From assembly GCF_009834535.1 (NCBI RefSeq), contig NC_045696.1, positions 68,698,001 to 68,762,000 of the forward strand: a stretch of DNA of 64,000 bases. The letters are read 5' to 3'. The DNA is from Camelus ferus (Eukaryota). Below are positions 12,225 through 25,160 of the stretch, piece after piece. Under the pieces are notes generated by a model. It saw only the letters and a list, made by a program, of their open reading frames with translations, was not told the origin of the DNA and did not search any database. The first letter of the stretch is position 1. Each line of letters begins with the position of its first letter. The translations under genes were made by a program, and so were the position numbers.

Positions 12225-12744
12225 CCTCTGTTCCCTGTTATCCAGTTTTATTTCCAGTCTGTCATTACAGCTTCCTTGTACTCACTCTCAGCTCCCTTGC
12301 TGCTCCTTGTCTTCTGGGTGCTGTGGTCACTTTGCAAAAATCACACCCTAGTGAATCATAACTCCCCACACTCTCTAGTTGCTGCTTGTGCAGCTGAGTT
12401 GACTCAGAGAAATTCAGTGCCACTCCCACTGCCCTGCTTTAGACACAGGACCGAGGACGACAGGTGTGCCCTCAAGACTAAGCCAGCTGCCACACTGGAT
12501 TCCCTTAGAACACGCACTCTCCCACCCTGGAAGAAACAGCCTCACAACGCCCCCCTCCTCAGTCTGCCTTCCCCGCACTCTCAGCTAATGGCCTCGTTTT
12601 CCCATCACTGAGAAAATACAAGCAATCAGAAGAGCGTGTCCATGGACTCCCACAAATCTATCTGCAAACCTGCCAGCATTTCCAAACAGGTGTTCTACCC
12701 TCCTTCTGTTACTAAAGATAAATTGTCCACCTCCTATCAAAAGC

Positions 12745-13198
12745 TATTGTGGTTGAATTGTGCCGTCCAAAAGTTTATATTGAAATCTTAACCCTCAGCA
12801 CCTCGGAATGTGACCTTATTTAGAAATAGGGTCATTGCAGATATAATTAGTTCAGATGAGGTCATGCAGAAGTTGAGTGAGCCTCTAACTCAATACCACT
12901 GGTGTCCTTCTACAAAGGAGAAATTTGTTCACAGACACATACAGGAAGAATCCAGGTGAACAAGAAGGAAAGACCAGGGTGATGTGCCTACAAGCCAAGA
13001 AGTGACAAAGATTTCCAGCAAACCACCAAAAGCTAGGGGAGAGATCAGGGACAGATTCTCCCCCACAGATCTCAGAAGGAACCAACCCTGCCGACACCCT
13101 AACCTTGGGCTTCTAGCCTCCAGGACTGTGAGACAATTAATTTCAGGTGTTGAAGCCACTCAGCTTGTAATGCTTTGTTATGGCGGCCCTAGAAAACT
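12745..13198 (+). mobile_element. MLT1C-like MaLR solo LTR
   Basis: ggttgaattgtg...gaatgtgaccttattt...gcctccaggactgtgagacaat...tttgttatggcggccctagaaaact. Confidence 0.85.
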
Positions 13199-13359
13199 GC
13201 CAACCCTTTGGACACTGAAAATGACTAGATTCTACCCTGCTGAGGCTACCCAGAGACACTGGTCCAGCACCATTAGTTTTTTCCTCTCTACTGTATCATT
13301 CTCATCAGCTCCACACAGGCTGTTATTTGTCCCATCTTACAAAAACATGTAACTTTTCA

Positions 13360-13655
13360 GTTTTTTTTTAAGTATAGTCAGTTTACAATGTTGTGTTAAT
13401 TTCTGATCTACAGCACAGTGATTCAGTTATATGTATACATGTATATATTCTTTTTCATTATAGGTTATTACATAGTTCCCTGTGCTGTACAGTGGGGACT
13501 TGTTGATTTATTTTATATGTAGTGGTTAGTAACTGCAAATCCCGAACTCCCAATTTATCCCTTCACCCTCGCTCCCCACCCCAGAAATCGTAAGTTTGTC
13601 TTCTATGTCTGTGAGTCTGTTTCTGTTTTGTAAATAAGTTCATTTGTGTCACTTA
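13360..13655 (-). mobile_element. Camelid-type L1 3' end fragment
   Basis: Poly-T plus aagtatagtcagtttacaatg...taaataagttcatttgtgtc. Confidence 0.85.
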
Positions 13656-14405
13656 ATTTTTAACTTCCCTTGAGCCTGCTTTCCCTGCCTTCTGCCTCCT
13701 CTCTTTGCAGCAGAAATTCTTATGCTCATGTATTCACTGTCTCCGATTCCTTTCCTTCTGTTTTTTTTTCTAACACTGAAACTAGTCTTTCATGCCCTTT
13801 CCTGCACAAATAGTGTTCTTGTCAAGGTCACCAAGGACTTCCACACTGTGCTGCCCAATTCTCAGTCCTGCTTCTCTCTGAGCCACCAGTGACATCTGAC
13901 ACAGAAGATCAGTGCTGCCCCCTCGAGACACTTCCTTCCCTTGGTTTCTGGGAGGACCCTGTCTGGGCTCTGTCCTTCCTTTTTGAGTGTTCCTGCTCAA
14001 TCTCCCTGGATGGTTCCTCATCTTCTCCCAGACTCAGGATGTGGGAGACCCCAGGGCCCTGTCCTTGGTCCTCCTCTCTGTTCATACATCCTTTCAAGGA
14101 GCTCATCCAAGTTCAAGGTTTAATTACCATCTATGTGCCAAAGACTTCCAAATTTATACTTCCAGCCAAGCTACTCCCCTGAACTCCAGCCTTACATATC
14201 CATCTGCTCACTCCCATAGATAACACAAATGTAACATGTCCCAAACTGAACTCCTGACCTTCTTGCAAAAGCCTGTTCACAGCGTTCTTCTCCATCTCAG
14301 CTGAGGGTAACTCCATGCTTCCAGGTGCTCAGGCCAAAACCTGGTATTCATTTTTAACTCCTCACTTTCTCTCATGCCACAGATTCAAGTAGTCCTACTG
14401 AATCT

Positions 14406-14542
14406 GTCTCCCTCTTTTTTGGGGAGAGGGGAGAGAGGTAGTTAGGTTTATCTGTTATTTTTAGAGGAGGTACTGGGGATTGAACCATGGACCTCCTGCA
14501 TGTTAAGCATGTGTTCTACCACTTGAGCTATTTCCTCTTTTC
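14406..14542 (-). mobile_element. Vic-1-type (tRNA-Ala-derived) camelid SINE, near full length
   Basis: Minus strand reads gaggaaatagctcaagtggtagaacacatgcttaacatgcaggaggtccatggttcaatccccagtacctcc...aaacctaactacctc. TSD CCTACTGAATCT (14394-14405) / CCTACTGAGTCT (14543-14554). Confidence 0.85.
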
Positions 14543-16576
14543 CCTACTGAGTCTACATTTAAAATATATCTGGAATCTAAACTATTCTCATCCCCTCTAC
14601 TGAGCTTTTGTCATCTCTTACCAAGTTTATTGCAACAGCCACCTAACTGGTCTCCCTACTTCTTCCCTGGTACCCTGTATGCTATTCTCAACTCAGCAGT
14701 CAGAGAGATCTTGTAAAACATGTCACCACAGGTCAGTCCTCCAGTGACTTCCCACTTGGTTAAAGAGAAAGCTGGGCCCTTACAGTGCCTCCTAGTTCCT
14801 TCATGGCCTCTGCCCACCCTTATGTCTCTAACATCACCCGCCTCCCTCAACTCCAGCCACAGGGATCCTTGCTGGTCCTAGAGCATCCAGGTTGCTCTCA
14901 CTGCAGGGTCTTTGCACTGGAACACTGGTCCCACTCACATGGATAACTTCATTACCACCTCCACCTCCATGCGAATGTCACTTCCTCAATGAGGCTTACC
15001 TGGACCAACTATAAAATCATGATCCCTGCTCTCAAATACGCCCTTTCCCTTCAGCTGCCCCATTATTCTGTATAAACAATATAACCTTTTCATTCCGGTT
15101 ATCATACATTTCCTGGCTCCCTGTGCCAAAATGTAAGCTCTGGAGGGCAGGGATTTATTTTTCTGTTTTGTTAATTTATATATGGATTAAGTGCCCAATA
15201 AAGTATTTGTTGAATGAGTGAATAAATGAATGGATGAACGTGAAGTGTTTAGAATAGTGTCTGGCACAAAAGAAGTGCGTAATAATGATTAGCCATCATC
15301 AATATTACCTCCCATTATTCAAATCAGATTTTGCAGCAGGGAGATCTAGGAACTTGGCTGGCAGAGTGCCCCTCAAAGGAAAGGCGTTGGGTGAGGGGGG
15401 AAACTCGCCAGTTAATGAGGCTTATCCCAGGTTCCTTTATTTCCAGTTGACTTTGCATGGGCTCTGTCAGTTTTCCTCCAACTGCTCTCCTGTGCCAGCC
15501 TTGCATGGGTCCCTTGGATCTTACCCTGGCAGGGCCCTGCTAAAATCACCGCTCTGTGCTTCTCAGGAGATCTTAGGCCCAATTTAGCTAGCGGGGAACA
15601 AAAATTAATAATCTCAAAGAAATCGCAGCCTATTTCTGCTGTTACCTCATTTCCAGGATTTTTCAGTCTTTAAGAGGCTGTGGGAGAATTAGATCCAAAC
15701 CCAAGAGCTGGTGGTAGTTAATGCTATCCAACAAAGGCCATGCAGATTCTGCACAGCCTGTCAGACATTCCAAAAATCAGTAGAGAATACAAATGGTTTA
15801 TAATTTTTTTCTGATGGAAAGTTTGCAAGGGAACTGATTGAATGTGACTTTGGTGTTACAGGACCTCCCTGGCTGTAATTTTTTTTAAACAGAGGGTAGA
15901 GAGCAAAGGGGAAAGTAGGAAGAGTGATTAGGAGGCTGTTGGAATAACCCTGCTGAGAGCTCAGGTCACAGCAGTAGCAGTAGGAGAAGCAAGAAATGGC
16001 TGGATTCTAGATACGTTTGAGAGTAAAGAAAATAGGATTTCCTGACTGTTTGGATCTGTGGCACAAGAGAGAGGAGTCAACGAGACAGCACAGTTTTGGG
16101 GCTGAGCACCTGGAAAAACTGGAGCCTTCACAGCACCTCACATGCCTGCAGGACACTCTTGGTATTCTGAAAATGTGTGTGGGTGGGTCAGAGAGGCAGA
16201 AGAAGGGTTGCATTAACTAAATTGTTTTGTACACAAACATTGCACATATGTCTTTAAAGTAGACAGACAAATGTTCTTCAATTTTTCTTAGAAACAACAT
16301 AGTTTGTCCTTATCCTCAGAATTCGTAATAATAAGTTTCTCCTTTCTTCGTTTTTTTTTAAACTCTGTCCAGGAAAATTTGTTTTCTGAATAATTTGCAC
16401 AGAACAGAATAGCTCAAGCCTAACATATTGTTTAATAAAAATGCAACTTTAATGATGTGCACACACTCACATCGCTTCCTGAGTGAACTCAGACCCTCCA
16501 CATGCAGGTCTGTCTGAAAGCCTCAGCATTGATTTTTTTTTTCCTTGAACTTTCAAAATTTATTTTAAGGGCCCAC

Positions 16577-17420
16577 TTTTAATTATTATTATTTTTTTAA
16601 TTGAAGTATAGTCAGTTACAATGTGTCAGTTATAATGTGTCAATTTCTGGTGTACAGCATGTTTCAATCATACATATACATACATATATTCATTTTCATA
16701 TTCTTTTTCATTATAGGTTACTACAAGATACTGAATACAGTTTCCTATGCTATACAGAAGAAATTTATTTTTTATCTATTTTTATATATGGTAGTTAATA
16801 TTTGCAAATCTCAAACTCTCAGTTTATCCCTTCCCACCCCCCCAGTAACCATAAGATTGTTTACTATGTTTGTGAATCTGTTTCCGTTTTGTAGGTGCGT
16901 TCATTAGTGTCTTTCTTTATTTTTTCTTTTTTTAGATTCCACATATGAGTGATATGATATGGTATTTTTCTTTCTCTTTCTGGCTTACTTCACTTAGAAT
17001 GAAAATCTCCAGGTCCATCCATGTTGCTGCAAATGATATTATTTTATTATTTTTTATGGCTGAGTAATATTCCATTGTATAAATATACCACAGCTTCTTT
17101 ATCCCATCATCTGTCAATAGACATTTAGGTTGTTTCTACATCCTGGCTATTGTATATAACACTGCTATGAACACTGGGGTGCATATATCTTTTCAAAGTA
17201 GAATTCCCTCCGGATATAGGCCCAGGAGTGGTATTGCTGGATCATAAGTCTATTTTTAGTTTTTAAGGAATTTCCATACTGTTTTCCATAATGGCTTCAC
17301 CAAACTGCACTCCCAACAATAGTGTAGGGTTCCCTTTTCTCCACACCCTCTCCAGCATTTATCATTTGTGTATTTCTTAATGATGGCCATTCTGACTGGT
17401 GTGAGGTGATACCTCATTGC
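16577..17420 (-). mobile_element. Camelid-type L1 3' portion (ORF2 C-terminus plus 3' UTR)
   Basis: Minus ORFs [15 protein letters not shown]...[10 protein letters not shown] and [21 protein letters not shown]...FAATWMDLE are L1 ORF2 C-terminal motifs; poly-T ~16592-16598. Confidence 0.92.
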
Positions 17421-18847
17421 CAGTGTTGATGTAAAGCCCACCCAGTAAGAGTGGTGGGTATTCAAATGACTGTGGGGGCTACTAGGGAGAGAGAGGGGCT
17501 GTGCTTTACATTTCTAAGCACTGGGGGTGAGGAGGAGCCCCATTTTCTGGTCCAGAGTCCTCTGGGCTGTCAAACTGACAGCATCTCACCTAGATGGAGA
17601 CTGACCTGGAGGAAGGGCATTGTTGGAGATACGAAGGGTATCAGAGTGGGAAATGGGGATCAAGGGTCTCCCAGCTCCCCCTTATTAATATTAAATTATT
17701 TTGTATACGTAGCCTATGGTTTGGGAATTGGGAACCACATGAAGCAGTAAGACCAAACGGAAACCTTCAACTGGCTGTTTTAGGAATCAATTTGCCTGGA
17801 GGCTCAGGGAACCATGGGGAAGAACCCGTATGATGTAAAAGCATGGCTGTTGCCAGTCCCCATGGCACCCAAAATGGTTTAGTTATGACCAGGAGGGAGC
17901 CTGGGGCTCTACCCTGTGACCCTGAGAGAGCCTGCACGTGGCCACGGGTCTCAGGTGCAGTGCTGTGGCTGTGCTCAGAAGCAGCTGCATTGAAGACTTT
18001 TCCAGTGATTCACTGCTGTCTAAATCAAGGTGCAGTTGAGGCTGTTCCTTTCATAATGTCACCCTCATCCTCGTCCCACTTGCCTTCTTAACGGAGCAAA
18101 AGAAGTAGAATCCCAGCTTGCAGCTGGGAGTTTTTGTAACCCTGGGGAGGTCCACAGGGACAAAGCTAGCAAGTGGGCCTCATAGGTCATCTGTGTGGAA
18201 TCTTTATAAAGGTTAGGAGCAGCTGTGTCTGGATGTAGGGACTGGCCTCTCAGACCAGGAAGAGCCTGGTTTATCTCCAAGCAGAGCCAGGAGATGCAGA
18301 GGAAGGGTAAACTGAGTGCTGCGGAAGCTGCTGTTTTCTTGGAGGGGTCCCTGGAACTGGACCATCACACACCAGTCACCTTTGACATCTGGGGAGAGAC
18401 TTACGAACTTTCGAAATGCTTCTCAGTGAAAGCAGAGAATAGACATTTGCTACCAGGAAATCTAGTGGGAGATGGACACTTTAGAATGTGAGATGGGAAT
18501 GAGTTACTCTGACCAGGTAGCAGATTTCCAGTGTAGGGCAAGAGCCTCAAACACAAAGTGTAAAGATTTTGTTTCCAGTCTTGGGGCTGAGTGGGGCTGC
18601 CACTGAGTCTTTGGATGAGGACAAGTCACTTTCTGTCTCTAGGCCTCAATTTCCTTATCTGTGAAATGGACAAGATAATCCTTATGGCCTCTTCAGGTAA
18701 TAATCCTGTTCAGTCCAATAATAACATGAGATCACTCTGCCGACAGGGTATCCCCTGGAGGCCAGGAGATGAGTTACCATTGAGGTGCCGATGAATTACC
18801 ATTACCATAACCTAAGAAAGACATGAAGATGGTCTGAGCAGCACAAT

Positions 18848-19247
18848 TGTATCAACTAGGTACTGCTGAGTAACAAGTCACACTAACATTTACCATCTAC
18901 TATTTTTCATAAATCTACAGCTCACTTGGAGGTTCTGCTGATCTGAGCCAACTCATGTGTCTGTGGTTGGTCAGTTGGCAGGTTGCCTGGGGACTCTCTG
19001 GTTGGCTCTCCTCCATGTGTCTGTGACACTTCACCAGCAGCCTGGCTCAAGCATATTCTCATGGCAGTGACAGAGGTCCAAGAGAGAAATCAAGAACTTT
19101 TTAAAAAGCCTCTGCTTGCATCAAGTTTGCCACTATTCCATTTTCCAAAGTAAGTGTCTCAGCTGAGCCAAAATTCCATTTAAGAGACACACCCAGAGGG
19201 TACAGATAGAGGGAGACATAGAAATTGATGCTGTCAATCTTCTATAG
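18848..19247 (-). mobile_element. Old MLT1-family MaLR LTR
   Basis: ctgctgagtaacaa...gttctgctgatctg...ttctcatggcagtgacagagg...gcctctgcttgcatcaagtttgc. Confidence 0.65.
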
Positions 19248-22200
19248 TGGTGGGCTAAGGAAAAAGGACAGACACAAGAAATACCTGGGGAAAAGGCAGA
19301 AGGTGGCTTTAATCAGCTGTGACCTCAATGCATCTCAAATACTTGGGGTTTGAGCGAAGGAAAGGCTTAGTGTCAGGTCATTTGGAGTTTGTCCTTGGAT
19401 AGGGTCGGGGTTACCACAAGCCTGAGTGACCAGGAAACAAGATGGCACCTGGAAACCACGTGGTACAGAGTCAGTACAGGGACTCGTGTGGAAGACGCTA
19501 GGCCAGCTGGGGCCCCACAGAAGGAGACGGGTGCTGAGGAGCAAATATTCCTGAAGAAGAGAATTCACAGCTCCCTGCTACAGCCTCTCCTGTGCAAAAC
19601 CCTGTCCTCCAATAACATGTCTCATTTTGTACATCTTACCATTTTCTTTTTTCATTTCCTCTCATTTTTAAACAGATTCTTTCGCAATGCCATATTGAAT
19701 CAATTATTCTAAAAATAATAATAATAAAAAATAAAAACAAGAGGCAAAGGTTTGGGATGGGGGAGGGCATGAAGCCGGCCACCCAGCACCAGATACGGGG
19801 ATGGGGGAGCAGGATCAGACAGAGAAACCCGGGAGGGGTGTGAGACTTGGAGGTGTCCTGGGCGCTGCCCTGGCTAGCAACATCCCGCCCACATTCTCTC
19901 CAAGATCAAGCTTCTCTGCCCAAAGCTCAGAGGAGGACTTTGTGTTTTGTTTGAATAATAGAGGCCCCAGTCCCATCCACTTACCTTCCAAGAGGAAGCC
20001 TACCACGAAGGAACGAGGACAGACACAGCCAGCCCCTCTGCACTTTCCCACCGAGCAGGACTGAGGTCTGTCGACTCTGCTTGGAGGTAACTTCCCTATG
20101 TTTGTGATGCTCGTAACCTTGAGTCTGTGTCTCCTGCCACAACAGGCCGCAAAACCATTCAAAAACAGTGGGATGACTGCATGTCAGCAGAGCACTTTGT
20201 AGTTAAAGGGAGGTGTTCAGATATATTTTCTGATTTGATTCGCAAACTAGCCTAGACTGTCAGCTTCATCAGGACGGAGAAACCATATCTGTCTCACTCT
20301 TTGTATCCACAGTGTTAGGAGCTGCGAGTAGCACATAACAAGCTCTCCGTGCATATTTGTCAAATAAATGAACCCTGAGAGGCAAGAAAAGGAGTCATTA
20401 TCCCCATTATATATTTGAGGCCCAGAGACTCACAGTTAATAAATGGCAGAGCCAGGACCAGGTAGAGACTCCCACCTCAAATTCATTGGCGGTTATGTAG
20501 TCCTATGATGCTTCTAGGTCACTAGCCTCAGGAAGCAAAGAACCCCAAAGTCATGAGTGTATGGGGCAGCTGTGTAGTGCACAGAAAGGCAGGTAGCATC
20601 CCTGGAGTTTTCTAGCACAAAGACATACAGGGAAAACCCAGGACTGAGATGTGGACACATAGCTGGCCAAAATTCCACGTCCTCCCTGTGCAGCAGAGGT
20701 GCGTTCCCAGCAGGCTGGCCCTGGCTGGAAACATGTGCAGATCTTCAGCCTCCCCTGGAGCAAAGCTTCAGAATGCAGCCTTTCTGCAGGGCTGAAGTGC
20801 TAACAGGAAAACCCAGATCCAAACACATCACAGTGACATCTAACTGACCCTTCATGGTCCGATGTTTAGATATTAGCCATGCTAAGACTCAGGACTCATC
20901 ACTCCTGCTGCTGCTTCTCTAGGGAAAATAACCGAGTTTAGTCTTACCACAAATTAGAAAGCTAATGTGTATAGCTGGCCACCCAGAGTAAATACATGGC
21001 ATTAAGTTCTTAAGGCTGAAAGGAACTCTGAGTAGCCCATTGCCTGGGGTCCCTAGGCACAAGGCCTGCGAAGCTGCTGAAATAACGTGTATATCGTGAA
21101 TCTCCCAAAGGACAGGATTCATGTCTTCCATCAGATCCTCACGGGGCTCTCTGATTCAGATATGGCCACACGAATATCTGGAATTACCTCCTCAGCCTTT
21201 TAACTGCCCATTGTTGCTCAAAGCCCCAGGGATGGGACATAGGTCCCTTGCAAGGCAGGCAGCCATTTCCTGTGATCAATGCTGCCTAATTACAGCATTG
21301 AGGGGTGGGCAGGTTGTCCCACTAGGACCCAAACAGAACACCTCCCCTCCATGTGTCCAGCACATGGGATCAGAACCAGAGCTGTAGCATACCAATGCCA
21401 GGAAGTCCTCCAAAGTGTATCAGCAGGCATCAAAGGGGCTGCTCTTCAAATGTGTGTATTTGAAGACAACTAATGATTAGTTCCCCTAAAGGTTTTTCTT
21501 TTTTTTAATGAGAATTGCTGTTCATGTATCTCAGAAGAGCCTCTTATATACACGCCAGCTGTGGAGATGGTGGTGTCCATCAGCCCCTAATTCAGTGGGC
21601 CACCCACAGGATGAGGCTTCAGTGATGGAGGCAAAGTCCTATTTATTCTGAAAGAGATCCTCTACTGTCATCTGGTGGCTAAAACTATTAATGCATGTTT
21701 CACAGCATGAATTTGTACCCAGTTCTTACCGGTGATCTTTCCAAGGATTTCAGAACTGAACTCAGTTCAAACTTCTCTCTTTACTTACATAACATTCTGG
21801 CTCAGCGATTGTATAAGCAATGCATCATGCAGCTTATCAGTGGCAGAACCAAGATTGAGGCTTAGGCCTTCACATTCTCCTCCCAGAATGCTTTCCCATC
21901 AGTGTTCCACACTTAACCTTTCCTACTGCTTTGCCCTTTTCCTAGGACAGAAACTTCCCATCTGGAACCAATGTCTGGGCTGACTGTCCTCCTCCATGCT
22001 CCCACAGCTCCCCACACTCCCCTCTGTAACAGTATTCTCTACCCAAGTTATTCCCCATGCCTGTTCTGTGTCTTTCACTCAACGAGAGACCCTTGAGAGC
22101 AGAGATCATTCACGCTCTGAACCCAGGGCCCAGCCTGGAGCCAGGCACACGTGAATGGATGAGAACAGTCACCCACTACCCAGCTGAGCAACACAGCCTG

Positions 22201-22709
22201 CGTCTGGGCCTGAGTGGATGATTGTTGGGACAACTTAGTCTATACTCTGCTTTCTACATCTTTTTGAAGTCACTCATTTGCACATCTTGATATTTTAGCT
22301 ATAATTGGAAACCAGTTTTTTGTGTTCTATCTAAGTATTCAGACCCATTGGACTGTGCCTTTGGTGAGTATTGACGCTATGGCTAATTATGGTCTGCTAA
22401 TGGCATTTGTTGGGATTGCATATGAAAATACTGGAAGACTTGCTTAGATTTCTAAACTCCTTTTCTTAAAAAAAGTTTAGTTTTCAATATAAATCTTATC
22501 ACTATGTGTCTATTCTTTCTAGTCTTTTCAAATGACTAGTATTTATGAGTGATATTCTATGTGCAATGATGCCATGGATGTTATGAGAGAGACTGATGAA
22601 GCAGTAAGAGGTGGTTTGGAACTAACTCATCATGCTCAAAGAACACAACACAAATGAGTACGTCATTTATCATCTTTATCCTTTAGCTTTAATTTTATTA
22701 GTTGCCATG

Positions 22710-23305
22710 TCTCTTTGAGTTATAATTTGCATCCCATAAAATTCATCCATTATAAGTGTATAAGTTTGATGATTTGCAGCGAATTTATATGGCTGTGCAA
22801 CCATCACCACAGTTTCAGAACACTGCTGTCATCCCACAAAGCTCCCCCACACTGGTTAGCAGCCCTGTATCCCAAGTAAACCTCTGATCTGCTTTGTGTC
22901 TTGAATATTTTGCCTTTTCTAGAAATTTCATGTAAATGGAAACACAAAATATTTAGTCTCTCATGTTTGTCTTCTTTCACTTGACATAATGTTTGTGAGG
23001 ACCACCCTTGTTGTTAACAAGGTCGTATAGTTGACTCCTTACTTTTAGCTCTTACGTGCCAATCTACGATCCTTTTTTTGTTGTTGTTCATTTGTGTGTA
23101 TCATGTGACATAAGAGTGTAAAGGTATGTATGCATGTAAGTGTGTGTTTTTGCATACGGATATCCATGTGTGCCACTATTATCCAGAAGGGCTCTCTTTC
23201 CCCATTAAACTGCCTTGGCACCTTGGTTGGAACTCACTTGACCATAAAGGTGTAGGTTTGTTTCTGGATTCTCTGCTGTTTCATTGATCTGCATGTCTAT
23301 CCTCG
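22710..23305 (-). mobile_element. L1MB-like 3' fragments
   Basis: cccataaaattcatccatt...tgtgcaaccatcaccac...ttgccttttctagaaatttcatgtaaatggaa. Confidence 0.7.
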
Positions 23306-24904
23306 TAGGAAGGGAAAGAACTGATTTGTGAAAACTTTGTTTCAATTATATATACTAGGTTCTTTGTGTAAAAGGTATTTCTTACTGAGGATTGTGGTAA
23401 AAATATTTTATTGAAAAATATTTACCTAGGCATTGCCAGATAATCTTCACAATAAGACACCCAAAAGAACAGTCCTAGAATAGTCTGTGGGGACCCATAA
23501 GGATGGTGGAGCAGAGTGCAGCCTGATATTACACGGAAGGGGAAACTGAGGCGGGGAGGTGGGGAGGAAGTAACTTGCCCCAGGTTATGCTGGAAGGCAA
23601 ACCCAGGCCCTTCCTGGATGCCCCTGCCCCCACCCCTCTTCCCGATGCACCAGCTGTCTGTTCCTCCCTGTTCTTTGCCAACTCCTTGAGCTGTTTCCAC
23701 CTCCCTCCTCCGCTGAGGCCGTGCTGGTAGCAGCTGGCAGAGCCCACGCGGGCACACAGCTGGGCCAGAGTCCGGGGGCAGCAGTCCCTGTGCTCTGTCT
23801 CCCTAATTCCTTGGCCTCCCCTCTGAGACTCACTGAAAACAGTCTCCCCAGACACCGTGTTGCCAGTGGGACAGCCCCAGATTACCATTCCCTGTGCTCC
23901 AGCCCCTCTCTCTTCAGGGACAGTGGAGTTGGGTTTTTTCAGGGACTCTTTTCAGAATGGAAAAAAGAAAGCCACACCATCGACGTCAAAAGGTTCTTAC
24001 ACAACAGCAGCATCTTGCTGGGAATCGTGTAAATAACTCGGGAACATATGAATCGAATTTCCCTTGACTTGCCCAGGAATGTAATAAGTCATGACCATGG
24101 AGGAAGGCTGCCACTTGGCCCTGGCACTCAGGACACTTCAAAGAAGCATCTCCCCTCCCCAGGGACCTCTCAGCCTGGAGCTCTCCCATCCATCTGAGTT
24201 CCAAGGGCTCCTGCCCTCAGCGAGGCTCAGAGGGGGCTGGGTCATGGTGGCAGTGTCCCCGCAAGTCCCCGCAAATCCCCGCCACCTTCCTTCAGAGGGA
24301 GACTGTGCTCTAACCATGCAAACTGGGCAGAGTGTCTGCTCACTAGTTCATTCATCCATCCCTCCGTTCAACTGGTATTTATTGAGCACTGTGTTGGGAG
24401 TGAGGGCAGGGCAAGGAAGGGGGGAGTAGGAATAGCACAGTGAGCAAGAAAGCACAGCCCTGTTCTCATGTCCAGTGAAAGAACTTTCTAGCACTCCAAG
24501 GTAGCAAAGCTTGGGAATAGGGGTGAGTTCCCAGCGGAGGTCGGTAGAGACTCAAGCACCAGATGAAGGATTGGCTGGCTGACCTTCAAGATTCCTCCCA
24601 AGTGCAAGGTTTTGTGAGGTGCTAAGCTCCCGGCACACTGCCACTGCTCCTTGCTGCCTGCTGCCTGTGCAGGTCCCCTTGGCTGGCACTGCAGCCGCTT
24701 AGACCCGCAGGCTTTTGTTGGAAGGCATGGGCACTCCCTCGAGAAGCAACCGCAGGTCCAGGAAGAGCAGATGCCCATCTTTCCTGCTAAGAAAACCCTT
24801 TCCACTCTTACTTCTTTTTCATTTGTTCTGCCTTCTCCGTCTCCTTGAACCTGAAGAGTAAAACAAAAACACACAAACCTGAAAGTTCTAGGTCAGTTTT
24901 TTCT

Positions 24905-25160
24905 GTTGGGGAAAACTCCATAAAGGATGTATAGGAATGCTCTGTATTATTTTTTATAATTGAATGTAAATCGACAATTACCTCAAAATTTGAAGTTTAA
25001 GTAACACCCCCCCACACACAAAAGTTCCTGATAACTATACTATGACAATGTAAGATGTCACCTTTAGGGGGAAGCACAGTGAGGGATGTAAAGAAATCTT
25101 CACTTTTTCTCCAACTTTTCTGTACATCCAAAATTACTTCAAATTAAAAGTTTAAAAACA
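24905..25160 (+). mobile_element. Two tandem old L1 (L1MC/ME-like) 3' termini
   Basis: Two successive copies of the ...ctctgta/ctttttctccaacttttctgta...aaaattacttcaaattaaaagttt terminal motif. Confidence 0.55.

Larger units (their letters stand above)
12230..15236 (+). mobile_element. Long L2 LINE relic interrupted by MLT1, L1 and Vic-1
   Basis: Pyrimidine-rich L2 ORF2 motifs (tcttgtcaaggtcacc, catgtcccaaactgaactcc, ctaactggtctccct) and 3' terminus aataaagtatttgttgaatgagtgaat. Confidence 0.8.

Noticed and set aside
14406..14542. tRNA-Ala gene
   Set aside because: The tRNA-like head is degenerate and is followed by a SINE-specific tail and TSDs; it is a Vic-1-type SINE.
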